Below, in pieces: positions 9,230-17,979 of a DNA stretch of 41,914 bases. Both the position numbers and the translations under genes were made by a program. Numbering within the stretch: the stretch's first letter is position 1; each line of letters opens with the position of its first letter. The DNA is from Actinomycetales bacterium (GTDB lineage: Bacteria; Actinomycetota; Actinomycetes; Actinomycetales; CAVURS01): contig JBJMHS010000044.1 of NCBI GenBank assembly GCA_045807245.1, positions 1 to 41,914 of the forward strand, written 5' to 3'. Below the pieces are notes generated by a model, which did no database searches, was not told the origin of the DNA, and worked only from the letters and a program-made list of their open reading frames with translations.

Positions 9230-10447
9230 GTGATTGTGGAGGGAAGAGCGGGCGAGTCTGAAGGTCCGCGGGCCGGGCCAGTGCCACTGCTGCGCGACGT
9301 CATCGAGGTGCTGGAGCGGATCTACCCGCCCGCATCGGCGGCCGACTGGGACGCGGTGGGCCTGGTGTGCGGCGACCCGGAGATCCGGGTGCGCAAGATC
9401 CTGTTCGCGATCGACCCCACGCTGGCCGTGGTCGAGGAGGCCCGCGACTGGGGCGCCGACCTGGTCGTGACCCACCATCCGCTGCTGCTGCGCGGGGTCC
9501 ACGGCGTCCCGACGACCACGGCCAAGGGCCGGGTCATCCATGAGCTGGTCCGCGACAGCACCGCCCTGTATGTCGCACACACCAACGCCGACGTCGCGGC
9601 CCCCGGCGTCTCCGACGCCCTGGCCCGGGTCATCGGCCTGGAGCGTCTGGTGCCTCTTGTCGCCGAGTCCGCACCGCCAACGGACAAGGTCGTCACGTTC
9701 GTCCCCGAGGACCGGGTCGAGGCGGTCGTCGACGCCATGGCCGCCGCGGGTGCCGGTGGCATCGGCGAGTACGAGCGGTGCGCCTGGCTGGCCACCGGGA
9801 CGGGGACCTTCGACGCTGGCCCGACGACTCGACCGGCCGTGGGCGAGCCGGGCGAGCGCACGCACACTCCGGAGGTCCGGGTCGAGATGCGGCTTCCGCG
9901 ACAGGCGCGCGCGGCCGTGGTCGCGGCGGCTCGGACTGCCCATCCGTACGAGGAGCCGGCCATCGACGTCTACGAGCTCGCGCCCTGGTCCGGGCCGACC
10001 GGCATCGGCCGGGTCGGGACGCTGTCGAGGGCGATCACGCTGCACGAGCTCGTCAGCATCGTGGCCGAGGCGCTGCCGTCCACCGTCCAGGGCATCCGAG
10101 CGTCAGGTCCGGAGGTCGGCACCGTCCATCGGGTCGCCGTCTGTGGCGGCGCGGGAGACAGCCTGCTCGACGCCGTACGACGCAGTGGTGCGGACGCCTT
10201 CGTGACGGCCGATCTGCGGCACCACCCGGCCCTGGAGGCGCGGGAGGAGGCGGCGGGGCCGCCTTGGCTGGTGGACGTGTCGCACTGGGCCAGCGAATGG
10301 CCGTGGCTGGCCGGCTGCGCGGACCGGGTGGTCGCCGCCCTCAGCACCGACCACGGGGCCGAGCACACTACGGTGGAGGTTCGCGTCTCGACGACGCGGA
10401 CCGACCCGTGGACGCTCCATGTCCCCAGCCGAGGAGGAACGGCCTGA
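9230..10447 (+). CDS. Nif3-like dinuclear metal-centre protein (long form with PII-like insert)
   Basis: WDAVGL, VVTHHPL, HTNAD, insert KVVTFVP...AHPYEEPAIDVY, VAVCGGAG, TADLRHH, SHWASE. Start uncertain. Confidence 0.92.
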   Translation: MIVEGRAGESEGPRAGPVPLLRDVIEVLERIYPPASAADWDAVGLVCGDPEIRVRKILFAIDPTLAVVEEARDWGADLVVTHHPLLLRGVHGVPTTTAKGRVIHELVRDSTALYVAHTNADVAAPGVSDALARVIGLERLVPLVAESAPPTDKVVTFVPEDRVEAVVDAMAAAGAGGIGEYERCAWLATGTGTFDAGPTTRPAVGEPGERTHTPEVRVEMRLPRQARAAVVAAARTAHPYEEPAIDVYELAPWSGPTGIGRVGTLSRAITLHELVSIVAEALPSTVQGIRASGPEVGTVHRVAVCGGAGDSLLDAVRRSGADAFVTADLRHHPALEAREEAAGPPWLVDVSHWASEWPWLAGCADRVVAALSTDHGAEHTTVEVRVSTTRTDPWTLHVPSRGGTA

Positions 10448-11184
10448 ACGCTTCTGCCGACGACCAGCGGCGCCTGCTCGACCTCCAGGCCCTGGACACC
10501 CGGATCGACCAGATCGCCCATCGACGCGCCTCGCTGCCGCAGCTGGCCCGGCTGGCCGAGCTCGACCGGCGGCTGAGCGCGCTACGGGACCAGCTGGTCG
10601 TGGCGCAGACCGAGCAGACCGACATCAACCGCGAGCTGGTCAAGGCCGAGGGCGACGTCGAGCTGGTCCGCCAGCGGGCGGCCCGCGACCAGGGCCGGCT
10701 CGACTCGGGGCAGGGCACGCACAAGGACCTCGAGTCGCTGCAGCACGAGCTGGGCTCGCTGGCCAAGCGCCAGGGCGAGCTGGAGGAGGTCGAGCTCGAG
10801 GTCATGCAGCGGCTGGAGGACGCGACCGCCCGGGCCGGGCGGATCTCCGGTGAGCTGGCGGCGGCGAAGGCGGACTACGAAACGGCGACGGGTGAGCGCG
10901 ATGCGGCGTTCCTCGAGCTGGACCAGGAGAGCGGCGGGGCGAGCTCGGCGCGGGACGGCCTGGCCGCGTCGCTGCCAGCGGACCTGGTCACGCTGTACGA
11001 GAAGATCCGAGCGAACAGCAGTGGGGTCGGCGCGGCGGCGCTGCACCGCGGCCGCTGCGAGGGTTGCCGTCTCGAGCTGACCCCGACCGACCTGCAGCGG
11101 ATCCGGTCCGCACCGCCGGACGAGGTGCTGCGCTGCGAGGAGTGCCGCCGCATCCTGGTGCGCGTGCCCGAGTCGGGGCTGTGA
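10444..11184 (+). CDS. Coiled-coil C4 zinc-ribbon protein (Rv2229c/CT398-like); probable CTG start
   Basis: LNASADDQRRLLDLQALD, long coiled coil, CEGC...CEECRRIL; GAGGAGG (10431-10437) 6 nt before CTG, which overlaps the Nif3 stop. Confidence 0.88.
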   Translation: MNASADDQRRLLDLQALDTRIDQIAHRRASLPQLARLAELDRRLSALRDQLVVAQTEQTDINRELVKAEGDVELVRQRAARDQGRLDSGQGTHKDLESLQHELGSLAKRQGELEEVELEVMQRLEDATARAGRISGELAAAKADYETATGERDAAFLELDQESGGASSARDGLAASLPADLVTLYEKIRANSSGVGAAALHRGRCEGCRLELTPTDLQRIRSAPPDEVLRCEECRRILVRVPESGL

Positions 11185-11849
11185 CCCGGCGCCTGGTGGT
11201 CGAGGCCGACGGGGGGGCGCGAGGCAACCCCGGCCCCGCGGCGTACGGCGCCCTCGTCCGTGACGGCGACACCGGCGAGGTGCTCGCGGAGCGCGCCGAG
11301 TACCTGGGGAAGACGACCAACAACGTCGCGGAGTACTCCGGGCTCGTGGCCGGGCTGACCATGGCCAAGGAGATTGATGCCGCCGCCGTGGTGGAGGCGC
11401 GGATGGACTCCAAGCTCGTCGTCGAGCAGATGTCCGGTCGCTGGAAGATCAAGCACGAGGACATGCGCCGGCTCGCGTTGGAGGCGCGGGCCATCCTCCC
11501 GCTCGAGCAGGTGACCTACCGCTGGGTGCCCCGCGCCGAGAACTGGGCGGCCGACCGGCTGGCCAACGCGGCCATGGACGCCGCGGCGCGAGGCCGCACG
11601 TGGCAACCGGAGCCCGCTGCCTACCCTGGTGAGATGACTGACCCGAGCACGACCGAGACCTCGACCCGGCCACGGCTGTCCTACCGGCTGCTGACCGGCG
11701 ACAACACCGCCGAGTTCTGCGAGCGCGTCTCCGAGGCGCTGGCCGACGGCTACCAGCTGCACGGCGGCCCGGCTATTGCGTACGACGGCACGAAAACCGT
11801 TGTGGCTCAAGCACTCATCGACCCTCGGGCCCTCGGTCTGCTCACATGA
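11181..11849 (+). CDS. Ribonuclease HI domain fused in frame to a C-terminal DUF1737 domain
   Basis: VEADGGARGNPG, TNNVAEY, MDSKLVVEQMSGRWKIK, WVPRAENWAADRLAN; no stop before YRLLTGDNTAEFCERVSEALADGYQLHGGP...VVAQAL (DUF1737 pattern, Met at 11634). Confidence 0.85.
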   Translation: MTRRLVVEADGGARGNPGPAAYGALVRDGDTGEVLAERAEYLGKTTNNVAEYSGLVAGLTMAKEIDAAAVVEARMDSKLVVEQMSGRWKIKHEDMRRLALEARAILPLEQVTYRWVPRAENWAADRLANAAMDAAARGRTWQPEPAAYPGEMTDPSTTETSTRPRLSYRLLTGDNTAEFCERVSEALADGYQLHGGPAIAYDGTKTVVAQALIDPRALGLLT

Positions 11850-12256
11850 CGTACGCCGGCGACCTCACCCCTCAGGAGGCCTACGACCTCGTGCGGGACC
11901 AGCCGGACGCCGTCCTGGTGGACGTGCGGACCACAGCCGAATGGGACCAGGTCGGCATCCCGGACCTGGGCGGGATCGGCAAGGAGGTGGCCCTGATCGA
12001 GTGGGAGCGGTACCCGGACGGCTCGGTCAACCCCGACTTCGCGACCCAGCTGCAGGACGTCGTGCCCGACGGGGCCCCGGTGCTCATGATCTGCCGGTCC
12101 GGGGTGCGCAGTGTCGCGGCGGCCCACGCCGCGACGGCGGCCGGGATCGGCCCGGCGTACAACGTCCTGGAGGGCTTCGAGGGCGCGGCCGATGCCTTCG
12201 GCCGGCGCCGGACCAGCGGCTGGCAGGTGGCCGGCCTGCCGTGGCGGCAGCGGTGA
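11846..12256 (+). CDS. Rhodanese-like sulfurtransferase (Rv0390-like)
   Basis: MTYAGDLTP, LVDVRTTAEW, active loop CRSGVRS, YNVLEGFEG, GWQVAGLPW. Confidence 0.92.
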   Translation: MTYAGDLTPQEAYDLVRDQPDAVLVDVRTTAEWDQVGIPDLGGIGKEVALIEWERYPDGSVNPDFATQLQDVVPDGAPVLMICRSGVRSVAAAHAATAAGIGPAYNVLEGFEGAADAFGRRRTSGWQVAGLPWRQR

Positions 12257-13464
12257 GCGGCAGCGAGCCCGGTACGCCGGCGGACCCCGGAGCGACCTGG
12301 CGCCCTGACACCCTCGCCGTGCGAGGTGGCCTGCGCCGCAGCACGTTCGACGAGACAGCCGAGGCGATGTTCCTGACGTCCGGCTACGTCTACGGCAGTG
12401 CCGCCGAGGCCGAGGCTGCGTTCAAGGGTGACATCCAGCGCTACGTGTACTCGCGCTACGGCAACCCCACGGTGTCGACGTTCGAGGAACGGCTGCGGCT
12501 GGTCGAGGGTGCGCCGGCCTGCTTCGCGACCGCGACCGGGATGGCGGCGGTCTTCACGGCGCTGGCGGCGCTGCTCGGCCAGGGCGACCGCGTCGTGTCC
12601 GCACGCAGCCTCTTCGGCTCCTGTTTCGTGATCCTCGACGAGATCCTGCCGCGCTGGGGCATCGAGACGGTGTTCGTCGACGGCGCCGACATCGCGCAGT
12701 GGCAGACCGCCCTGTCCGAGCCGACCGCTGCGGTCTTCTTCGAGTCGCCGTCCAACCCGATGCAGGAGCTCGTCGACGTGCGCGCAGTCTGCGACCTGGC
12801 CCATGCCGCCGGCGCCCAGGTGGTGGTGGACAACGTGTTCGCGACGCCGGTCCTGCAACGCCCGATGGAGCTCGGTGCGGACATCGTCGTGTACTCGGCC
12901 ACGAAGCACATCGACGGGCAGGGCCGCATGCTGGGCGGCGCGATCCTCGGGCCCGAGCAGTTCATCGGCGAGCCGGTGCAGAACCTCATGCGGCACACCG
13001 GTCCGTCGATGAGCCCGTTCAACGCGTGGGTGCTCACCAAGGGTCTGGAGACGATGTCGATGCGCGTCGAGCGGTCGAGTGACTCAGCGCTTCGGATCGC
13101 CCGCTGGCTGGAGCAGCAGGACAAGGTCCGGGCCGTGCGGTACCCGTTCCTCGACAGCCATCCCCAGCACGACCTGGCCAAGGCCCAGATGTCCGCCGGA
13201 GGCACGGTCGTCACCTTCGAGCTCGACGGCGGCAAGGACGAGGCGTTCCGGCTGCTCGACGCGCTCCGCATCATCGACATCTCGAACAACCTCGGTGACT
13301 CCAAGTCGCTCATCACCCACCCGGCGACCACGACTCACCGCCGGCTCGGCGAGGAGGCCCGCCTGGCCGTCGGGATCACCGACGGCATCGTCCGCGTGTC
13401 CATCGGCCTGGAGGACCCGGCCGACCTGGTCGAGGACCTGGACCAGGCGCTCGCGCAGGTCTGA
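12253..13464 (+). CDS. metZ: O-succinylhomoserine sulfhydrylase (PLP-dependent)
   Basis: TLAVRGG, FLTSGY, YSRYGNPT, ATGMAA, ESPSNP, VDNVF, PLP lysine SATKHIDGQGR, NNLGDSKS, HPATTTH; follows rhodanese as in Rv0390-metZ. Confidence 0.93.
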   Translation: MSGSEPGTPADPGATWRPDTLAVRGGLRRSTFDETAEAMFLTSGYVYGSAAEAEAAFKGDIQRYVYSRYGNPTVSTFEERLRLVEGAPACFATATGMAAVFTALAALLGQGDRVVSARSLFGSCFVILDEILPRWGIETVFVDGADIAQWQTALSEPTAAVFFESPSNPMQELVDVRAVCDLAHAAGAQVVVDNVFATPVLQRPMELGADIVVYSATKHIDGQGRMLGGAILGPEQFIGEPVQNLMRHTGPSMSPFNAWVLTKGLETMSMRVERSSDSALRIARWLEQQDKVRAVRYPFLDSHPQHDLAKAQMSAGGTVVTFELDGGKDEAFRLLDALRIIDISNNLGDSKSLITHPATTTHRRLGEEARLAVGITDGIVRVSIGLEDPADLVEDLDQALAQV

Positions 13465-13469
13465 GTCGC

Positions 13470-14618
13470 TCACGTGGTGAGCGACAGCGCCGCCGTGGTC
13501 GTGACCAGGACGAGCGGGACGAGGAGCAGCCCCCGCACGAAGAAGCGGCGGGCCGACACCTCCACGCCGGCCGCCCGGCATCGTTCCCGCCACAGCAACG
13601 TGGCCAGGGACGCCCATAGCGTCAGCAGCGGCGCGCAGTTCACCCCGAGCAGCAGGGCGACCAGCCGGCCGGCCGAACCGTCGGCGACCGGCTCGAGCGC
13701 GAGGTACGCCGGCAGGTTGTCCACGGCATTGGCGCCGAGCGCGCCCGTGGCCGCGAGCCGCAGATGGTCCGGCCAGCTCTCACCGGTGCCGGCGACGTGC
13801 GCCAGGCTGTCCGGCAAGCCGTGCACGGTCAGGGCCTGGACCACGAAGAACAGGCCGACCACCAGCAACACGAGCCGCCAGGGGACATGCGACGCGCGCA
13901 GGTCGGACGGTCGTCGTACGGCGAAGAACGTCACCAGAAGCACGGCGGCTGCCGTTGCCGGCCAGGCCGGGTTGACGCCCGTGGCGAAAGCCGGCGCCAG
14001 GAGCAGGCAGACCGTCGCCGACCCGACCAGCAGCACCCGGTCCTCGACACCCGGCTGCGTCGGGGGCGTGTAGGAGCGGACGAGGTCGCGCCGGAACAGG
14101 ACGGCGAGGATGGCGACGGTCACCAGGACGGCCACCAGAGCCGGCAACCAGGTGACCGCCACGTAGTCGCGCAACCCCAGGCCCATGGCGTCGAACCTGT
14201 GCAGGGCAAGGAGATTCGTCAGGTTCGACACAGGGAGCAACATCGACGCCGTGTCCGCCAGCCACACGGTGGTCAACGCGAAGAGTGCGGGCGAGATGCC
14301 GATCTGCACGGCCAGCGCGAGAGCGACCGGCGTGAGGAGGACAGCCGTCGTGTCGAGGGAGAGGACGATCGTGGCGGCGGTGGCGAGCGCGACGAGCAGC
14401 AGCCACAGCAGCCAGGTGCGGCCTCGGCCCCACCGCGCGGCCAGGTGGGCGGCGGCGTCGAACACCCCGGCGTTCTGGGCCAGCTGCGCCACCACGGTGA
14501 TCGCGACCAGGAACAGCAGGACGGGCGCAATGCGGCTGAGGATCGCAACGGCGTCGTGCGCGGGCAGCAGGCCGGTGACGAGGACGCCGCCGGCGGCCAG
14601 GAGCGACGCCCACCACAC
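13470..14618 (-). CDS. ArsB/NhaD/SLC13-superfamily permease
   Basis: About 11 TM segments; LSLDTTAVLLTPV, ASMLLPVSNLTNL, NAVDNLPAYLALEP, WASLATLLW; GTG 7 nt after TACGCT. Confidence 0.85.
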   Translation of the reverse strand: MWWASLLAAGGVLVTGLLPAHDAVAILSRIAPVLLFLVAITVVAQLAQNAGVFDAAAHLAARWGRGRTWLLWLLLVALATAATIVLSLDTTAVLLTPVALALAVQIGISPALFALTTVWLADTASMLLPVSNLTNLLALHRFDAMGLGLRDYVAVTWLPALVAVLVTVAILAVLFRRDLVRSYTPPTQPGVEDRVLLVGSATVCLLLAPAFATGVNPAWPATAAAVLLVTFFAVRRPSDLRASHVPWRLVLLVVGLFFVVQALTVHGLPDSLAHVAGTGESWPDHLRLAATGALGANAVDNLPAYLALEPVADGSAGRLVALLLGVNCAPLLTLWASLATLLWRERCRAAGVEVSARRFFVRGLLLVPLVLVTTTAALSLTT

Positions 14619-14680
14619 CCGGTGCAGCGTAGGGAGCCGTTCGGACAGCCGCGCCGCGGGCGTCTCAGTAGGGTTTGGTC

Positions 14681-16132
14681 ATGCCGCTGCGGATGATCAC
14701 CGTCCCGCCTCCGGCGGCGAAGCCCGGCGCAGAGCCCGGCGCCGGCGGTGAACAGCTGGCCCAGGCGTTCGCCCAGATCCGGGCGCAGCTCAAGATCCCG
14801 GAGTCCTTCTCACCCGAGGTCGAGGAAGCTGCTCGCGCGGCGGTCGCGTCGGCGCAATTGCCCGACACCGACCTGACCGACCTGCCGTTCTTCACCATCG
14901 ACCCACCCGGCTCGATGGACCTGGACCAGGCCATGCACCTCGAGCGCACGCCGCGCGGGTACCGGGTGCGCTATGCGATCGCGGACGTGCCGGCCTTCGT
15001 CGCGGTGTCGGGACCGGTGGATGCCGAGGCCTGGCGGCGCGGCCAGACGATGTACGCACCGGACCAGCGCGCCCCGTTGCACCCGACGTCGATCTGCGAG
15101 GGCGCCGCCAGCCTGCTGCCCGGGCAGGTCCGCCCGGCGTACGTCTGGGACATCTCGCTGGACAACGACGGCGAGGACATCGACGTCGACCTGCGCCGCG
15201 CAACAGTGAAGAGCGTCGACCGGCTCGACTACGCGCAGGTGCAGGCGAGTGTGGACAGCCAGTCCGGTGACGAGCGCTTCGCCCTGCTCAAGGAGATCGG
15301 TGAGCGGCGGGTGGCTCTGGAGCAGGCCCGCGGCGGTGCGAGCCTGCCGATCCCGCAGCAGGAGGTCGTCGCCCAGGACGGCCGGTACCACCTGCGGTTC
15401 CGCCCGGCCCTGCCGACCGAGGACTGGAACGCGCAGATCTCGCTGCTGACCGGCATGGCAGCTGCGGACATCATGCTGGGCGGCCAGATCGGGATCCTGC
15501 GCACGATGCCCGGGCCGGACCGGAACTCTCTCGCGCGTTTCCATCGGCAGGCCTCTGCCCTGGGCGCGCGCTGGCCGGCCGAGACGCCGTACGGCGTGTT
15601 CCTCCGCTCGCTCGACCGCTCGGACCCGCGACAGCTGGCGATCGTCCACGAGGCAGCCGCGTTGTTCCGCGGCGCGGGTTACACACCGTTCGTCGGAGAC
15701 ATGCCGGAGCAGTCCGAGCATGCGGCCGTCGCCGCGCCGTACTCGCACGTGACCGCACCGCTGCGCCGGCTCGTCGACCGGTTCGGTCTCGCGGTGTGCG
15801 AGGCACTGTGCCGGGGCGCGGAGGTGCCGGCGTGGGCGCGTGAGGCCTTGCCCGCGCTGCCGGCGGTCATGGCCGACACCGACCGCTTGGCGGGTGAGCT
15901 GGAGCGCGCGTCGACCGACGCCGTCGAGGCCGCCGTGCTGGCTCCGTCGGTCGGGTCCCTTTTCGACGCTGTCGTCGTCGACGTGCACCACGACGGCGGT
16001 GGCTTGGTCCAGATCGCCGAACCCGCTGTGCTGGCGCCGGTTTCGGGTCCGGTAACGCTGGGCGCCGCCATCAAGGTGCGGCTCGTCCTGGCTGACCTCG
16101 AGCAGCGCGCCGTACGGTTCAGCCCGGCCTGA
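14681..16132 (+). CDS. RNB-domain exoribonuclease (RNase II/R family)
   Basis: TIDPPGSMDLDQA catalytic motif, YAIADV, RRGQTMY, HVTAPLRRLVDR; ATG 6 nt after TAGGGT. Confidence 0.9.
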   Translation: MPLRMITVPPPAAKPGAEPGAGGEQLAQAFAQIRAQLKIPESFSPEVEEAARAAVASAQLPDTDLTDLPFFTIDPPGSMDLDQAMHLERTPRGYRVRYAIADVPAFVAVSGPVDAEAWRRGQTMYAPDQRAPLHPTSICEGAASLLPGQVRPAYVWDISLDNDGEDIDVDLRRATVKSVDRLDYAQVQASVDSQSGDERFALLKEIGERRVALEQARGGASLPIPQQEVVAQDGRYHLRFRPALPTEDWNAQISLLTGMAAADIMLGGQIGILRTMPGPDRNSLARFHRQASALGARWPAETPYGVFLRSLDRSDPRQLAIVHEAAALFRGAGYTPFVGDMPEQSEHAAVAAPYSHVTAPLRRLVDRFGLAVCEALCRGAEVPAWAREALPALPAVMADTDRLAGELERASTDAVEAAVLAPSVGSLFDAVVVDVHHDGGGLVQIAEPAVLAPVSGPVTLGAAIKVRLVLADLEQRAVRFSPA

Positions 16133-16144
16133 CGCCGCTCGGGC

Positions 16145-17350
16145 TCAGCGTCGGCGCAGGATGCGCCCGGCCCGGCCGCCGAGACGCGACGCCAGGACGC
16201 CGGCCAGGGTGCGCGCGGGGGTCTGGGCGACCGTGAGGGCACGGACCCGGCGTTCGTCGTCGAAGCTCCACGACCCGTAGGTCGCGCCGGCGACCGCACC
16301 GACGATCGCCTCGACCATCGCGTCCAGCGGTACGGTCGCCTGGTCCGAGCCGAGGCTCGCACCACTGGTCGCGGGCACCGCGCTCAGGTCGGCCAGGTCG
16401 CCGACGACGCGAACCCCGGACGCCCGGATGCTGTCCGCGACGCGCCGGCCCTCACGAGCCACCTGCTCCCGGATCCACTCGGGCACCTCGGGCTTGGGCT
16501 CGTCCGGCTTGGGTGTGCGGTTCTCCACCATCCGGCGGATGGCGCCGTTGCGGACCAGCACGTCGTACTCCTGCCAGTCGAGCTTGCCGCGCAAGGCCAC
16601 GTTGACCTGGCGGAGGGCCTCCGCCTCCAGGACGGTGAGGCCGCGGTTCGACCGCGGCACGCTCTGCCCGGCGAGCCGGCCCTCGGGCAGGTCGAGCAGC
16701 CGCTCGAACGTCGTCGGCAGCAGCGCCCGGTCTCCTTCACGGAGGACCACGACCGTGACCCGCTCCGGTCCGGCCCCGGCGGCGTACCGGCTGACGGCCG
16801 CGGCCGGGTCGAACCGGGCCCAGAAGAACTTCTCCGTGTCGTCGGCGCTGTCCCGTTGGAAGTTGCCTTTGAGCCAGGCGTCCAGCGTGGAGATGCGCCC
16901 TTGCTTGAGCGTCTGCTGCCACGAGGAGACGGCCACCGGGCCCAGGTTGCGCACCCCGATGAGGAAGTGTGCGCGGTCGCCCAGGTCGGCGGCCATACGC
17001 CGGATCGCGCTCTGGTCAGCGCCGGTGAAGAACTCACTGCTGAACACCACCCGGCCGGGCGTGCCATGCACAGTCGCGACGAACTGGTCCCAGAGCGACG
17101 GGTCCGGGGGTGGCACGGGCGAGGACTGCCAGCCCAGAGGCGCCTGCGTCAGCGACCGGGCCTCGACGTGATGGGCCTCGCGGCTGCCGGGGTAGGTCAC
17201 CCCCGCCGGCCGCAGCTCGTGGCGCAGGGAGGTCATGACCGACTGGATCGCCGTCGTACCGGTCTTGTGCATACCGACGTGCGCCAGCACGGCGTCGGGG
17301 GGCAAGGCGGTGGGCAGGGTCGCCGAGAGGCCAGTCACGTCAGGGGTCAT
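16145..17350 (-). CDS. Hypothetical P-loop/sulfotransferase-fold protein
   Basis: HVGMHKTGTTAIQ (5'-PSB-like), FSSEFF, R-x7-SWQQ (3'-PB-like), SNRGL. Start trimmed to ATG 17350 because the longer ORF overlaps rnpB. Confidence 0.7.
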   Translation of the reverse strand: MTPDVTGLSATLPTALPPDAVLAHVGMHKTGTTAIQSVMTSLRHELRPAGVTYPGSREAHHVEARSLTQAPLGWQSSPVPPPDPSLWDQFVATVHGTPGRVVFSSEFFTGADQSAIRRMAADLGDRAHFLIGVRNLGPVAVSSWQQTLKQGRISTLDAWLKGNFQRDSADDTEKFFWARFDPAAAVSRYAAGAGPERVTVVVLREGDRALLPTTFERLLDLPEGRLAGQSVPRSNRGLTVLEAEALRQVNVALRGKLDWQEYDVLVRNGAIRRMVENRTPKPDEPKPEVPEWIREQVAREGRRVADSIRASGVRVVGDLADLSAVPATSGASLGSDQATVPLDAMVEAIVGAVAGATYGSWSFDDERRVRALTVAQTPARTLAGVLASRLGGRAGRILRRR

Positions 17351-17461
17351 GACCCGGGTCACTCTAAAGACCTCGCCAAGTCGACACCACATCCGCACCT
17401 CGGAACCGCCTCTGAATCGTGACGTTTCCGTTAGTGGACGATGGCGCGTTACCCTCCAGAT

Positions 17462-17869
17462 GCGGATGAGTCGGTCGGGCGGCCGCGTCAGGTGCGAGTC
17501 GGTACGCCGACCCGTGTCCTGCCGAGGAACGTCCGGGCTCCACAGGGCAAGGTGGTGGGTAACACCCACCCGGGGTGACCCGCGGGACAGTGCCACAGAG
17601 AACAGACCGCCGGAACCCTGGTTCGCCAGGGCTCCGGTAAGGGTGAAACGGCGGTGTAAGAGACCACCAGCGCGCCGGGTGACCGGCGCGGATCGGTAAA
17701 CCCCACCTGGAGCAAGACCAGACAGCACGCGTTCGAGGACGGCCCGTCCGAGCGTGTGGGTAGGTCGCTAGAACGTGCCGGCAACGGTACGTCGAGATGG
17801 ATGGCCGCCATCCGGGCGCGGGCAACTGCGTCCGGGGACAGGACCCGGCGTACAGACCGACTCATCCGC
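17462..17869 (+). ncRNA. rnpB: RNase P RNA, bacterial class A
   Basis: P1 GCGGATGAGTCGGTC / GACCGACTCATCCGC; GAGGAACGTCCGGGC, AGTGCCACAGA, GGGTGAAACGG, GGTAAACCCC, GAGCAAG, ACAGGACCCGGCGTAC; -10 TACCCT at 17450-17455. Confidence 0.97.
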
Positions 17870-17897
17870 CCCCCCGCCCCCGGCCGTGCTCCCTGCT

Positions 17898-17923
17898 CCG
17901 CGCGGTGCTCCCCGCAGCCCGGC
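17898..17923 (+). repeat. REP-like element, copy 1 (26 bp)
   Basis: ccgcgcggtgctccccgcagcccggc, identical to 18939-18964; embedded in an imperfect hairpin (gtgctccctg...cagggagtac, about 17886-17968). Confidence 0.75.
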
Positions 17924-17979
17924 AGAACCGTGCCGGACAGGGCCTGTCCACCGGGCCACAGGGAGTACCGGGCGCTGGG

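Noticed and set aside
7452..9230. Integrative element at tRNA-Val
   Set aside because: No integrase and no duplicated tRNA 3' end seen; only a small accessory operon.
11181..11600. Reverse transcriptase or retroelement (this domain is often auto-labelled RT-like)
   Set aside because: It is a housekeeping RNase HI domain in its conserved operon, with no polymerase YxDD domain.
17351..17728. N-terminal extension of ORF 16145..17728 and other ORFs over 17235-17983
   Set aside because: They overlap the RNase P RNA gene and are shadow frames.
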